A stretch of 54,391 nucleotides of DNA from Octopus bimaculoides (taxonomy: Eukaryota), in contig NC_068984.1 in NCBI RefSeq assembly GCF_001194135.2, positions 38,814,393-38,868,783 on the forward strand, given 5' to 3'. A program made the translations under genes and the position numbers. Of this stretch, positions 24,080-36,120 are shown piece by piece. The notes beneath the pieces were generated by a model, which had not been told where the DNA came from, did no database searches, and saw only the letters and a list, made by a program, of their open reading frames with translations. Each line of letters begins with the position of its first letter. The stretch's first letter is position 1.

Positions 24080-24291
24080 AGGCTTGTCCTTTGCAGGTGC
24101 CAGTGCTGTGAAAATGCACCCATGCTGGTGGCATGTAAAAGTCAACCAGCACACTCTGTAAAGTGGTTAGCATTAGGAAGGGTATCCAGCTATAGAAACC
24201 ATGCCACAACAAACAGCACCCTGGCTGACCAGCTCCTGTCATGCCATCCAACCCATGCCAGCATGGAAAAATGGATGTTAAATGATGATGA
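24080..24291 (+). mobile_element. Family C SINE preceded by an RTE 3' fragment (~23900-24060)
   Basis: GGAAGGGTATCCAGCTATAGAAA...CATCCAACCCATGCCAGCATGGAAA...GTTAAATGATGATG. Confidence 0.7.
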
Positions 24292-25649
24292 GTAGATACA
24301 ATAGCTTATGAAAGAAAGAAGTCAAGTATAACACATAGCAAAAGATGATAGGTTCATAATATCTTTTTATCTCTCTAATTTTAGCACAAGGCCAACAGTT
24401 CTGAGGGGAGAGGCAAATCGATTACATTGACCTCAGTACTTGACTGGTACTTATTTCATCGACCCTGAAAGGATGAAAGGCAAAATTGACTTTGGTGGCA
24501 TCTGAACTCAGAACATGAAGATCCAGAAGAAATGCTGCTAAACATTTTGTCTGATACACTAATGATTCTTCTAGTTTGCCACCTCTGACAGTCTCATGAT
24601 TATTTTCCACAATTATCATCCTCTATATAGCTTGTCTTAATTCAAGCTATTTTCTATAATCGATCATTAACAATTCTTCATTCAGTTCTCATCTTATTTT
24701 CCTCACATGTTTTCTTTACACTTGATAATTTTTTTCTCTAACTCTCTGAAGTTTATTTTTATTGTATGTTTAGAAAATAAGTGTGATTGTGTGGTAAGAA
24801 GTTTGGTTCTGGGTTCAATAGCACTGCTTGACACCTTGGGCAAATATCTTCTGCTAAGCCTTGGGCTGGTCAGAGCTGTATGAGTGGATTTGGCAGACAG
24901 AAACTGAAAGACGTTTGTCATATGTCTATGTAAACATCTATATGCATGTGTCTGTGCATCTGTGTTTGTCCCCCACCAGTGCTTGACAGCCAGTGTCGGT
25001 GTGTTTACATTTGAATAACTTAGTGGTTTGACAAAAGAAACCAATAGTTCTAGACTTAAAAAAAAAAAGACCTGGGGTTGATTCATTCAACTAAAATCCT
25101 TCAAGGTGGTACCCCAGTATGGCTGTAGTCAAATGACTGAAACAAGTAAAAGATAAATTAAATGTTGAAGTTTTCTAAAGTTGTTTTAGTCAATAAGGCT
25201 GCTAGACACGAAGAAAAGTGAAATATAAATAATAAAATAAATCTTACTTTGGATGTGCCATTGCCATGATTTATAGACCAGAGAACTAGAAAGTTTGTCA
25301 GTTATAGCAAAACATTTGGTGGGCTAGAGTTGTTGGTTCATTCTCAAAATTATTTTTGGAGTAGAGTTTAGGATACTGCTAAATTCCTGATTTCTCCTTT
25401 CATATATGCTAAGTAAAACTGTTTTGCTTTTTTTTGTTAGATTGGCTCTGAAGACTGTATAGTAAAGAGTCATTTGACTACTTTAATTGAAATCAAATTA
25501 ACTAAGAGATCATCATCACTATTATCTATAGTCCACATTCCAAACTCTATGAATTAAACAATCAACTGTATCGATACTATCAAACTATAAAAATATTTTA
25601 CACATCTATTCATCAAAAAGAAAAAAATATATATATATAAATATATATA

Positions 25650-25721
25650 NNNNNNNNNNNNNNNNNNNNNNNNNNNNNNNNNNNNNNNNNNNNNNNNNNN
25701 NNNNNNNNNNNNNNNNNNNNN
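25650..25721. other. Assembly gap (72 N) inside an (AT)n tract
   Basis: Ns seen directly. Confidence 1.
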
Positions 25722-25793
25722 NTATATATATATAATAATGTTAAACTTAACAGAAAAGAAGCCTTGACTCAATAAAATGTTTCTAAAAGTTAC

Positions 25794-25876
25794 CTTGTTT
25801 TTTATTACAGTAGCTTCCATCACTGTAGATTCCATCACTGTAGATTCCATCATTGTAGATTCCTGACAGCCAGAAT
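25794..25876 (-). CDS. TP53BP1: 53BP1 exon (DSGCQESTMMESTVMESTVMEATVIKNK)
   Basis: AAG|GTAACT donor, phase 1->0; overlaps ORF-track 25554..25853. Confidence 0.7.
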
Positions 25877-26119
25877 CTTCAATAAAGAAATAATTTCATA
25901 TCAAAGATCGACAAAGTTATTTAGGTAACTGTAATTACCTCAATACTACCAAACAATACACACCTACATACTACACAACACCTTACCCCCTACTCTATGA
26001 CACTTCAAGTCAATCAGCAGGTTGGAGCTCCACCAGCTTCATGCAAATTATCTCTAACAGAACACGTACTTGATTGTTAACCCATCAGAAACAACAAGGA
26101 TAGTGACAACTAAAAGGAT

Positions 26120-26470
26120 GAAATGATCCTTTTAAGCATGTCCTCCACGTACAAAACACAAGAATTCAATGCTCCAAGTACCCCAAGTAGTTCACTCAAA
26201 GCTGCACTACAGCTGCTCATGCAGAGAAAAAAAAAGGCTTGCAACATTTGGAGAAACACCTCCCCTAAAAAAACTGAGTGGCACATACCCAGCAATCTAA
26301 CACTTGCAAGACCACGCATAAAAAAAGCCTTCATGCATTGCATAGCTACCAAGTTATCCAAGCTCCCAAACAACAGCCAATTCTTTTGATCCAGACCCCA
26401 ACAATTATTGATATTCTACAAAGTTTAAGTGAGGCTCACAATGGTGTATTGCTCCCACATCTAGGATGGC
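26120..26470 (+). mobile_element. Decayed Ty3/Gypsy-like RT thumb / RNase H connection fragment
   Basis: ...KKTEWH...KKAF...KLSKLP...F.DPTII... loosely follows TKKDxxWxW...AF..LKxxLSxAPxLxxFDPxKPTII. Confidence 0.3.
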
Positions 26471-27371
26471 AATGCTGCTACTCACACACAGAGGTCCTTA
26501 GAGTAAGGCTACTTGACTGATTAGCATAAAATCTCTCACAGATATAGTCAAGCATCTGATCCACAAGTGTGCTTTACTCTCTCTAACCTTTCTCCTGGTA
26601 CTATAATAGCTTGCTTGTCTCTTTGTCTCACCTTTCACATTGTGTCCAATGCCCCCAGTCCTGCACTAACTCCTTTACCCAGTCCATCTTCCCCACAATG
26701 TCAACCCACTTAAATTTCCTCCTCAATATCATTAATCTCAGACAATCTGTAAATAGCATAAGTACAGCCTCTAGCAAGTTTCACTTGATAACATGTACCA
26801 TGCTTTCAAATTATCTTAGGTGTCTATATAGTAACAAGCAGATACAGAACTCATTCAACCCCCTTGCTCTTGTAGAACATCCAGAATGTGACTGCTGGAA
26901 AGAGAGCAAGTTGATACTCATTGCAGCTAAGAAGACTAGAGCAATGTGAAATAAAATACCTTACTCAGAGGCACAATATGTCACCCAATTCAGAAATTGA
27001 ACCAGTGACTTTGAGATCATGGGCTCAACACCTTAATCATTAAGTCACACATCTTCACAATAAATATCACAAGCAAAAATATGGTACTTTGTGCCAAATA
27101 TAGTAGTAATTTGTAAACTGCTTTAAAAGTAATGGTAGAATAACTAAGGACAACAAAAGAAAAGTGGAACTTTTACTCAGAGCAAAATAGATAGTGATAG
27201 AGAAGCACTGATATGAAATTCCCCAACTTATGGCAGCATCAAGAAAGAGAAATGACAAATTATTATTTTCATTCTTCTAAACTCCCTTTATTGGGTTATG
27301 TTACAATACAAAAAGTACTCAACACCTTGCGTTATCATAAAGTAGAGAAATATTAAAATGAAAATATATAC

Positions 27372-27451
27372 CATGGTCAGAATTATCTGTTGTTGGAGAA
27401 TCAGGGATAATTATTGGGAATGAATGATGTTCAGGTGATGGATCAATGTAA
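27372..27451 (-). CDS. TP53BP1: 53BP1 exon (YIDPSPEHHSFPIIIPDSPTTDNSDH)
   Basis: tttttgtttttgacag acceptor, TG|GTATAT donor, phase 2->1; FPIIIPDSP resembles human PFIVPSSP. Confidence 0.8.
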
Positions 27452-27891
27452 CTGTCAAAAACAAAAATAAGCAACAAATTATCAAATATCTAAAAGTAAA
27501 TTAACAGAATTTTTGAAACTATCTCTGAACCAGAGTATTCAGCTCTGTTAACTCTACAGCAATAGAAACATATTCCATGCTGTCCATAAATTAATTTGTT
27601 CTTTAAATATTGGTTTCAAATTTTGGAACAAGGCCAGCAACTTCAAGGGAGGGCATAAGTCACTTTTTATTCAGGAGCAGTAATGCAGGAGATAGAATAG
27701 GCATGGACTAGTCATGAACTGAGGCAAAAGAAACTGAAACAATAAGTATTAAACTTAAGGAATAATTACTAGGGTTGAGTTGTTGAGCTAAACCCTGCAA
27801 GGTAGTGCCTCAGCATGGCCACAGTCAAATGACTGAAATGAATAAGAGGTAAAAAAAAAAGCTATTAAAATAATACAAACAACCAACTTAC

Positions 27892-27988
27892 TTCATCTCA
27901 TCTGCTGTATCTGATACTATCACAGACACTGGAGAAACTTGTAGAGAAGCAATATGTCTTGATGGAGTATTCACTTCTGGTTCACTAT
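27892..27988 (-). CDS. TP53BP1: 53BP1 exon (SEPEVNTPSRHIASLQVSPVSVIVSDTADEM)
   Basis: ccttctgctag acceptor, GTAAGT donor, 97 nt, phase 1->2. Confidence 0.75.
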
Positions 27989-28265
27989 CTAGCAGAAGGT
28001 AAATTAATAATGCCCAAGATTATGCAAATTCCAATTTTCATAGGGGAACATATTTTAGAAAAAGTGATTGAATACATTAACCCATATTAAGAGTATCGTT
28101 ACAGCTACTTAAAACAAAACTCATTTCTCTTTTTCAAATTACTAATTGCATCAAAATTTTTCTTACACACACACACACACACACACATATATACAAATAG
28201 AGCTTAGCAGTTGTAGTAACCGACTGAGGGATAAAATATCTGTATGTACTATCAGTATCCGTTAC

Positions 28266-28308
28266 CTGTGTTATCCCTGGGCAATGGTGCGCAGGGACAC
28301 CATACACG
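28266..28308 (-). CDS. TP53BP1: Candidate 43-nt exon (RVWCPCAPLPRDNT)
   Basis: Pyrimidine-rich ...gcactcag acceptor, CAG|GTAACG donor, phase 0->1 bridges 30576 to 27988; peptide is atypical for the region. Confidence 0.35.
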
Positions 28309-28693
28309 CTGAGTGCAGGTAACAACAGGATAAACAAGTGTTTATCAGGAACCAATGCAAGTAATTAGAAAATGGAGAAAACCATAGATTAACCAACACA
28401 TCGATTGGACCACATTTAAAGCTTGTTTACTAATACAAAGCAAGACATAACAAAGCTAACAGTTATTTCTAATCAGATTACCAGAATGCAGTCTATACAT
28501 AAATGCAAGAAAAAAATTCTTCATCTTCATAGGGCATCCGAATTAAGGCAATTGATCTTCATCAGAGTGGAAAACAAGAGCATACAATATAACCAAAAAG
28601 GAGAAGGAAGAGGTAAGAAAATATGGTTTAGAAAAAACAGTCTAAAAGCCCAAAATGTTAAATGCACACACACACACACACATATATATATAT

Positions 28694-28695
<2 letters not shown>

Positions 28696-28771
<76 letters not shown>
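28696..28771. repeat. (GA)n microsatellite; other simple repeats: (GT)n 1-70, (AT)n 9362-9401, 10767-10808, 44507-44541, (TG)n 34627-34666
   Basis: Seen directly. Confidence 0.95.
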
Positions 28772-28775
<4 letters not shown>

Positions 28776-29121
28776 AAAAACACAGAAGATTTGTTTTACA
28801 GGATTTAAGAGTATATTAGAGCCATGATAATAAAGATGTTATACAATTTTGTACAAAATAAGGCCTTGTTCTTTCAACATAACTGAAGTGAGGACTGGTT
28901 TCGCATTGCTCATCAAACTGAGAGTTGTAAAAAATAAAAATATTGCTAGGAATTTGTCTTTTTCAACTCTCAGTTTGATGAGCAATGCGAAACCAGTCCT
29001 TACTTCAATTATGTTGAAAGAACAAAACCTTATTTTGTACAAAATTGTATAACATCTTTATTATCATGGTTCTCATATGCTCTTTAAATCCTGAAAAACA
29101 AATCTTCTATGTTTCTTCATC
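28771..29121. repeat. Long foldback inverted repeat (arms 28771-28932 and 28959-29121, 26-nt spacer)
   Basis: Manual alignment shows about 12 differences in ~162 nt. Confidence 0.95.
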
Positions 29122-29535
29122 TTTTCTCATTCTCTATATATATCCACCACATGTGTTTCCCCACTGAAATATTTTCTACCTCATATATATATATATATAT
29201 ATATATTCTTTTCTACTCTAGGCACAAGGCTCAAAATTTTGGGGTGGGGCCAGTCGGTTAGATCAGCCCCGGTATGAAACTGGTACTTAATTTATCGACC
29301 CCAAAAAGATGAAAGGCAAAGTCGACCTCGGCAGAATTTGAACTCAGAACATAAAGACAAATGAAATATCACTAAGCATTTCACCCGGTGTGCTAAAGTT
29401 TCTGCCAGCTCACTGCCTTATAGATATATTAACAGATACTCTACGTCAGCACTGTACTTTGGCTATTGAAATTCAATTTGTATATGATGATTTATATTTA
29501 ATTGAATTTTTTTTTTTCATTTTGATAAGTCATAC

Positions 29536-29561
29536 AATAATGCAGCAGGTGTTTCCAGCGG
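29536..29561 (-). CDS. TP53BP1: Candidate 26-nt microexon (PLETPAAL)
   Basis: atttattttag acceptor, GTATGA donor, phase 0->2; in frame only with the distal AG (27984) of the 27.9-kb exon. Confidence 0.35.
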
Positions 29562-30575
29562 CTAAAATAAATTTTCAAGATGTAATAATTTCTCCATAAA
29601 TAATCTTAGTCTGAAAATCAACCAAAACAAATATATGAAAACAATTACATTTTCTACTCTCTTGGAGAATTTTACTGAACTTTGAATACTTTAATAATGA
29701 GAATGCTTTAATAATGCTTACAAAGTGAAAGTGCACAGAAAAGATTAAGCAATTTACATATTTAAAAACTAAAATTCTACAGCTTAAGTTTAAACACACA
29801 AAAAAATTATTGAACGTTCAGATTTTTCTACCAGCATTTGTCTCCTAAACTATGTTATTCCAGAACATCTTCCATAATTTCCACACAATTTCTAACCTAA
29901 TGAAAAATAATTTCGTTAATTTCACTCTGTTATGTTAATACTCAAGATTAGGAGTGTCTGAAAAACGTTATTAGAATTGCACTTCCACTGCATGTTTAAA
30001 AAATGATGGAAAAAAAATCTGAAAAATAGATAGCACATATATATACAGCTAAATAGTTCATATTACATAAATCATTTATGTGTAAACACTGGCTGCAATT
30101 ATTTTGGTAAATTTTGAAGAACTAATTAATCTTGACATAGAAAAACATATTTATTTACAATCCTTAACATAGTATGAATGAAAAATACAACCATATCAGA
30201 ACAGATTTGTTGTTTAAAGTTCAATTTTCAGAATCAAAATTAAATTTGACTGATATTTCCACAACATCTTTGTCTCTTGGGATTTTTACTAATAGACAAC
30301 TTATTTACACAATAACCATAACAAAAGGAAATTCTATGAAATTTAACTTCTTAATAAACTGGTATACAAAATATTCAGTTTCATATCTTTACAATCAATA
30401 TTAATTTAGTAACTAATTAACTTAAGTAATATTGATTCCTAACATGAACATAAGCTTTTAGTTTTAAAGAGGAGAGGAAGTGACACTGTAACATTCATTC
30501 AGTTCTCAACAATATTAAAAAAGTTACAACCAGATTTCAAAATCAGATTATAGAACTGGCTAGCCAAGAGCTTAC

Positions 30576-30622
30576 CTCCATTGATAGAGAAGAAGGAAGA
30601 GAAAACCTATAACTGGTTGAAG
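30576..30622 (-). CDS. TP53BP1: 53BP1 exon (ASTSYRFSLPSSLSME)
   Basis: T-rich tract plus TAG acceptor, GAG|GTAAG donor, 47 nt, phase 1->0. Confidence 0.65.
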
Positions 30623-31249
30623 CTATATGTTTATATAAAAATATAAATCAAAATGAGTGAAGGTACTTTGACCTCTGTCACATGAAAAAGCTCCACAGCA
30701 TCTGTCAAACAATTTCAGTTATAAATCAACAATTCTTAAGTTATTACAACCAGTCAAATGAAGTTTAAAGGGTGCAATGCACTGAACAACACCATATCAA
30801 AAACTGTGATTGGCTGAGTTTTAAACATTTACCTTTTAGCTTTTGACATAAACAATCAACCCAGCTGAAGATATGGACGTTATAAACCCATAAGCCCCTA
30901 TACATGTACAGACACTACCATAAATGTCTATTAATAACTATTATAGTTTAGTATTAAAAATAATGTAAACAGTCACAAACACATGGAGGTACACACACAC
31001 ACACACACACATACGTGTATTATTTCTGCTGACAATAAAAGGTTTCTCTCTGAGTAGAGGACAGAGTACAAAGTGTGATATTGAATGGTAGCAAGATGTG
31101 TAAGTACAGAAAGAGGTAGATGTGCAAAGGCTAGAAAGAAACAATGCTCACTGGTATGCAATGTATGAACAAGAGAGCATAGATGAGATGATAGAAAAAA
31201 ATCGGTTTAAGAGAAATATCTCATTGTCTGTACACAAACATCATACAAA

Positions 31250-32100
31250 CTGCCTTTCATGTTGAGGCAAAGAACTTTTGTTATTAATGGAGGTAACAAC
31301 TTCCTGAACTTTCTCCATCATATTCTTATGCTAGGAATTATATTTTCAGAACATTCTTCTCTGCTGCTAATTAGGTCATCTCGGTAACAGAAGTTATTTG
31401 CTACATCTAAGGAACCTTTTGAGTATTTGAGAGAATCTACTTCCTGTATGTTCTTAGTGTTTATTGCTCCAGCACATGATACACAAAGTCTACTTTTTCT
31501 ATTAACCTTCCTGTGATTCCGCTTAATGTCTTGTGTATCCATAGCCTGCACTGAGCACACCATATGGAATTTCTGCCTAACACCTTTCCTACATATCAAA
31601 CTGGGCCATTTTCCTTCAGGAGAGTCCTGTTTGTTTTCTTGTTTACTAGAGTATTGGGTTTTGCTTGACTAGTTTTAAGGCCCTTTGTTTCTAGATTTTT
31701 CTTCCACGCCTGGATTTCTTTTCTAGTTCTACTATAGATTCTTCTTTAAGAACAATGTCATCAGCATACAGTAGTTCTCAAGAGCACCAGTCTTAAATCT
31801 TGCTATAACCTGGAGAACTATGATTAGTAGGAGGGGACTAAAAACCAAGCCCTGGGGAACTCCTGCTTGTATACTAAATAATTAGCATAGACTTTGTCTT
31901 CACAAGTGTCTGTCGATTTTCTGAATTGTGTGCCCAGCAGATTGATAGGTGGCCAAATGGCAAGTTGGTGGTAGATCATCAGATCATTTGCATAACAGAA
32001 TTCCAGCAACCTTGTTTCTTTCTCATGTCTAGAACTAGAGTCATAGCCTCTATATATACTCATGTCCATTGAAGTCATCAGCCACACTAAGGTCACTACA
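31250..32100 (-). mobile_element. Decayed RTE-clade LINE (RT region)
   Basis: Minus strand ELLYADDIVL at ~31760 and a Cys-rich segment ICRKGV...LCVSCAG...VANNFCY homologous to 48100-48400. Confidence 0.75.
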
Positions 32101-32609
32101 CTTCATCATCAAAATAATCTGCAAAAGAGCCCCATTGAATTGGTCCTTCTGTTCATCTGCCAGGCCAGATTGTGGAGCATAAGCAGTCCTGAGTTATTTT
32201 GTTTGTCAAAACATCCATTGTACTGGCTGACAACAGAAAGTACCTATGGCCAGGAAAAACTTGGGAAGAAGTAGAGGGCTCAGATCTGAGAATAGCGGAC
32301 TTCATAAGTAAAAAGAAATGTAATCATCACTGAATAGCAATATGCCATATTGAAGAAGGCATGTCCTTTCTATGTTAAAAAATAATCATTATAATCATAA
32401 TGATAGCAGTAATGATAACAGTAGTAATGATCTCTTATAGGTGAATTCAGCATATTTAAGTTTTGAGTTCGTCTTTTCTGAGAATTTTTTAAAAAAACAG
32501 TGATATGTGAATTTTAGACAGCAAGAATGACCAAGTAGAAAGCCAATTTTAAGTGAATAATATATATGCACTTAAAAAATAAACTTGAATAATAATTTCT
32601 TTCAGTTAC

Positions 32610-32695
32610 CTTTATCCTCACTTGTATCTTCATCACTTTTAAACAGAAATTTACGTGCTAAAGCTGTTGATTTAATTTCCTCTGGTTTTCCAGTT
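32610..32695 (-). CDS. TP53BP1: 53BP1 exon (TGKPEEIKSTALARKFLFKSDEDTSEDK)
   Basis: atttatttag acceptor, AG|GTAACT donor, 86 nt, phase 2->1. Confidence 0.75.
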
Positions 32696-33504
32696 CTAAA
32701 TAAATTATAAGAAACAAAGCTAAATTTTTAAAAATTTGTATAATCTTTATTTCTTGTAAACCTAATCATGACAGTATAATCATATGAACAAACAGTTCGT
32801 GTGCAGTCACAATTATTCTTTGCATATAATATGCAAGTATGAATAAAAAGAATTGTTTCTAAATTGGACACAAAGCCAGCAACTTAGAGAGAATGAAGTT
32901 AAGCTATATCACCGACCTCAGTATTTGATCATTGCTTTATTTCTTTATTTTATCAATTCTTAAAAGATGAAAGGTAAAGTTGACTTTGACAGGATTTGAA
33001 CACAGAATGTAGAACTGCAAAACATTTTTCTTACAATTCTTTCAGCTTACCACCCTTTGCATGAATAAGAGAATAAAAAGTGTAGATACTTCACTTTAAC
33101 ACAAATGCAAAAAAAAAAAAAATGGGACAATACAAGAAACTTGAAACATTCATGACTTTCACAAGAGCATTAAGCAAGTAAAAAAGAAACAATAGGATTT
33201 ATTTCCTGGAGACAAATAACTACACTACAGCAAATGAAACCAAAGTCCAAAGAAAGTAGCAGTGGTCTATGTTGGCAAAAAACAATTAGTGAAGTTCACA
33301 AATGTGACTGAGATCATCTGTTGCTCAGATGTGAATCTGTTACTTAGAATAAGTGCCCTTCTGTGAATATACACTATATCATTTGCTCCTACATATACAC
33401 AACTCTGTGTCTTCTAAATGCATATTATTGAACTATTTGCATTTGAATTCTCCTCCTGAGAGGAAAAATTGAAATGAATTTTAAAAAGACTATGAAGTAA
33501 TTTG

Positions 33505-34606
33505 CAAAGGTGGGCACCATTAATTGAAAAGTTAACTTCATTAACTGTTAATCTATTAACCAAAAAGTTAACACCTTTAAAAAGTGCCAAAACTATAAAA
33601 ATCAGTCATTTTTGGCCTTTTTAAGGGCTTTAGAACCCAAAGACTATAGTTTTTGTTGCTTTAGAGTTAAATAATGCTGATTTTATAGTTTTAACTTTTA
33701 TAAAACCTAAAAAAGGCTCATTTTGTCCATTTTTTTAAGGTTTTTAAAGGCTGTTAAAGCCAGAAGAGGGTAAAAAAAAATTCAAATGAAACACAATGTT
33801 AGTATTAAACTAAAAAAAGTTTATTAATAAAGTGTCTGTAAAAAAATGAAAATTTAAAAAATGAAAAACATGACATATATATATATAATTAAATTTTTCC
33901 TCTTCTTCTTGTTCTCCATTTTGTTCATGAGATGAATGTTGCCCTTCATGAAAATTAGCATATCAAAGTTTTCATCAGACAGAGATGATCTCTTGGCCTT
34001 CAAGATGTCCTTGCCCATAGAGAACAAACACTCCACTGCAGCACTGTTGAACTTGATGAACAAGTCCACCAACATTTGCTAACTTGAGAAGGCAGTATCT
34101 GTCAGCAAGTCCTTGGAGTTGGTCTCCAACCAGGTCTTGACCAAATTCAGGGCCTTGTCTTTGAGTGACCTGTGGCTCCTGCTGCTCTCTTTTGGCCAAG
34201 TGACACCACTGAAGAAGTCATCCTCTTGCTCTTCGTTGTTCTTGCCTCAACTGTTGCTGCTCACTTTGTCAGACTGCTGCCTTATGGCCTCCTCAACCTT
34301 ACCCTCCATACTTTTCCTCACCCTGGCAACCTTGATGTTGTCGTACTTATCCAACCAGATGAGGCAAAATCTGGGGTGGAAAGCAGCAGCCAGCTGGCAT
34401 TCCTCATCTTCCAGAAGGGTCCTAAACCTTTTGTCGATGCCTGCCAAAAGTGTGTCGACCAAGAGACTGCAGTAGACAAGGCCCTTGGACTTCGAGTACT
34501 TGAGCCTAAAGATTGTTGCAGCAACTTGAGTTAGCGGAAGTTAACTCAAGTGGACTTGAGTTAATGGATAACAATTAACTTATTAATGGTTTGGTGCCCA
34601 AGTTTG
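33505..34606 (-). mobile_element. Internally deleted hAT transposon
   Basis: SAAVECLFS...RSSLSDENFDMLIFMK (hAT dimerisation domain), LAAAFHPRF; imperfect 15-bp TIRs CAAAGGTGGGCACCA / TGGTGCCCAAGTTTG; GTTAAC-rich subtermini. Confidence 0.8.
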
Positions 34607-34621
34607 ATAACTATAAGAGAG

Positions 34622-34668
<47 letters not shown>

Positions 34669-35829
34669 ATGTTCCTTATGCATTCCAAAACTGAATTGCT
34701 GATTTTGACGTAAGGGGTATCAAAAGATTCAGTAAGCATTTGGCCACCAACTAAACTATATTTTCATTCACATATTTGCATTACAAAAATTTAACATTAT
34801 CATTTTTCTTTTAGTCACCTACTGTAAACAACATTTTATATCACCACCACAATGACGAAGACATCACATTTTCTATATGAGTGTGTTCACATGTTCATTA
34901 CCTACGTTAGGCCGATGACTGACAAGCATATGTGCGTGACAGTGTGTCTGTAAGTATACATGCATTTTTGTGACCACACACACACACACACATCTAAAGA
35001 CAGAGACAGACACACACAGGGGCAAATATAGGCTTCAGGTGTGCGTTAATGTATGTAACCCCACCACCACCACCAACAACAGTGAAACACACTGATATTG
35101 AAAGTTTATTTGCAGCCTGGACTTCAAACAAACAACAATGTTCATCCGTAAGTATTACCAACATGAAGATTTGGCTGATTTTAACACCACTCACAATACT
35201 TGCAAATATATCTGAAAAAAAATATCATTCTGGTCATTATAACAAATTCGGAAACTTGGCGAAGTAGAAAGCCTCAGCTTTCAATATAATTACAGAAATG
35301 TTACTCCACTCCTTCTAACCAGTTTCACAATAATGTTTTTTTAAAGGTCCTTGTATTCTTCATCATTGTAAGTATCAACGTTGCACAACCTTTTTACTGT
35401 GTTACTCAGTATTTATTCTACAGCCTATAATGTTACACAGTTCAAAAACAGCATCTTCTTTTTTATACACTTGGTTCAGCATTCGTTTCAAAATTGTAAG
35501 ATTAATTATTTTTGTATGAAAAATTGAATTATGCCTTCTGAATTTTCTTGGACTTTCACTTTCTTCACCATGACATTCATTCAGTCATGAATTTTATAAC
35601 ATTTAGTACATGTTGCAAATAAATGTTGACTTTCTGTACTTTCTTACATTGGTGACTTTCCATTTTTTTTATATCATAACTATATTGACTACATTTCGTT
35701 TCACTTGAACTTCATGTGTGTACGTTTTGCTGTTTCCAGTATTATCAATCTATGAGTGTGTGTGTGTATGTGTGTGTGTGTGTGTTTCTACGTTCGTTAC
35801 ATCTATAGTAAACTATAGTAAAGAACATT

Positions 35830-36120
35830 TTACACTGTTTTAATGAGCCCACATTTAATGAAGTAGCCATCCTTATAGTTGGTGATCCTATTGAAAATTA
35901 TGATATTCTTATTCGTGTTCAAGGTAACAACCTTAAACGTGTTTCACAGACTCATCCCTTTTATGATGCTCTCCAGTATAATCTTGTTCTGTGGAATGGA
36001 CAAGATGGGTATTATTTCAATATTCCTTGGACTGAATCTGCAACAGGATAGCCAATTATAAATAAAAGGGTGTCATCAAATGACTTCTATTCTTACCAAC
36101 TGATGTTAAGATCAGAACAA
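35830..36120 (+). mobile_element. Helitron RepHel fragment
   Basis: FNEPTFNEVAILIVGD...DILIR...LKRVSQTHPFYDALQY...GQDGYYFNIP...VSSNDFYSYQLMLR matches the pre-Rep region of animal Helitrons; one in-frame stop. Confidence 0.85.

Noticed and set aside
28460-28560. MPYEDEE-like minus-strand peptide resembling a motif in the large exon
   Set aside because: Flanked by in-frame stops with no phase-compatible splice sites
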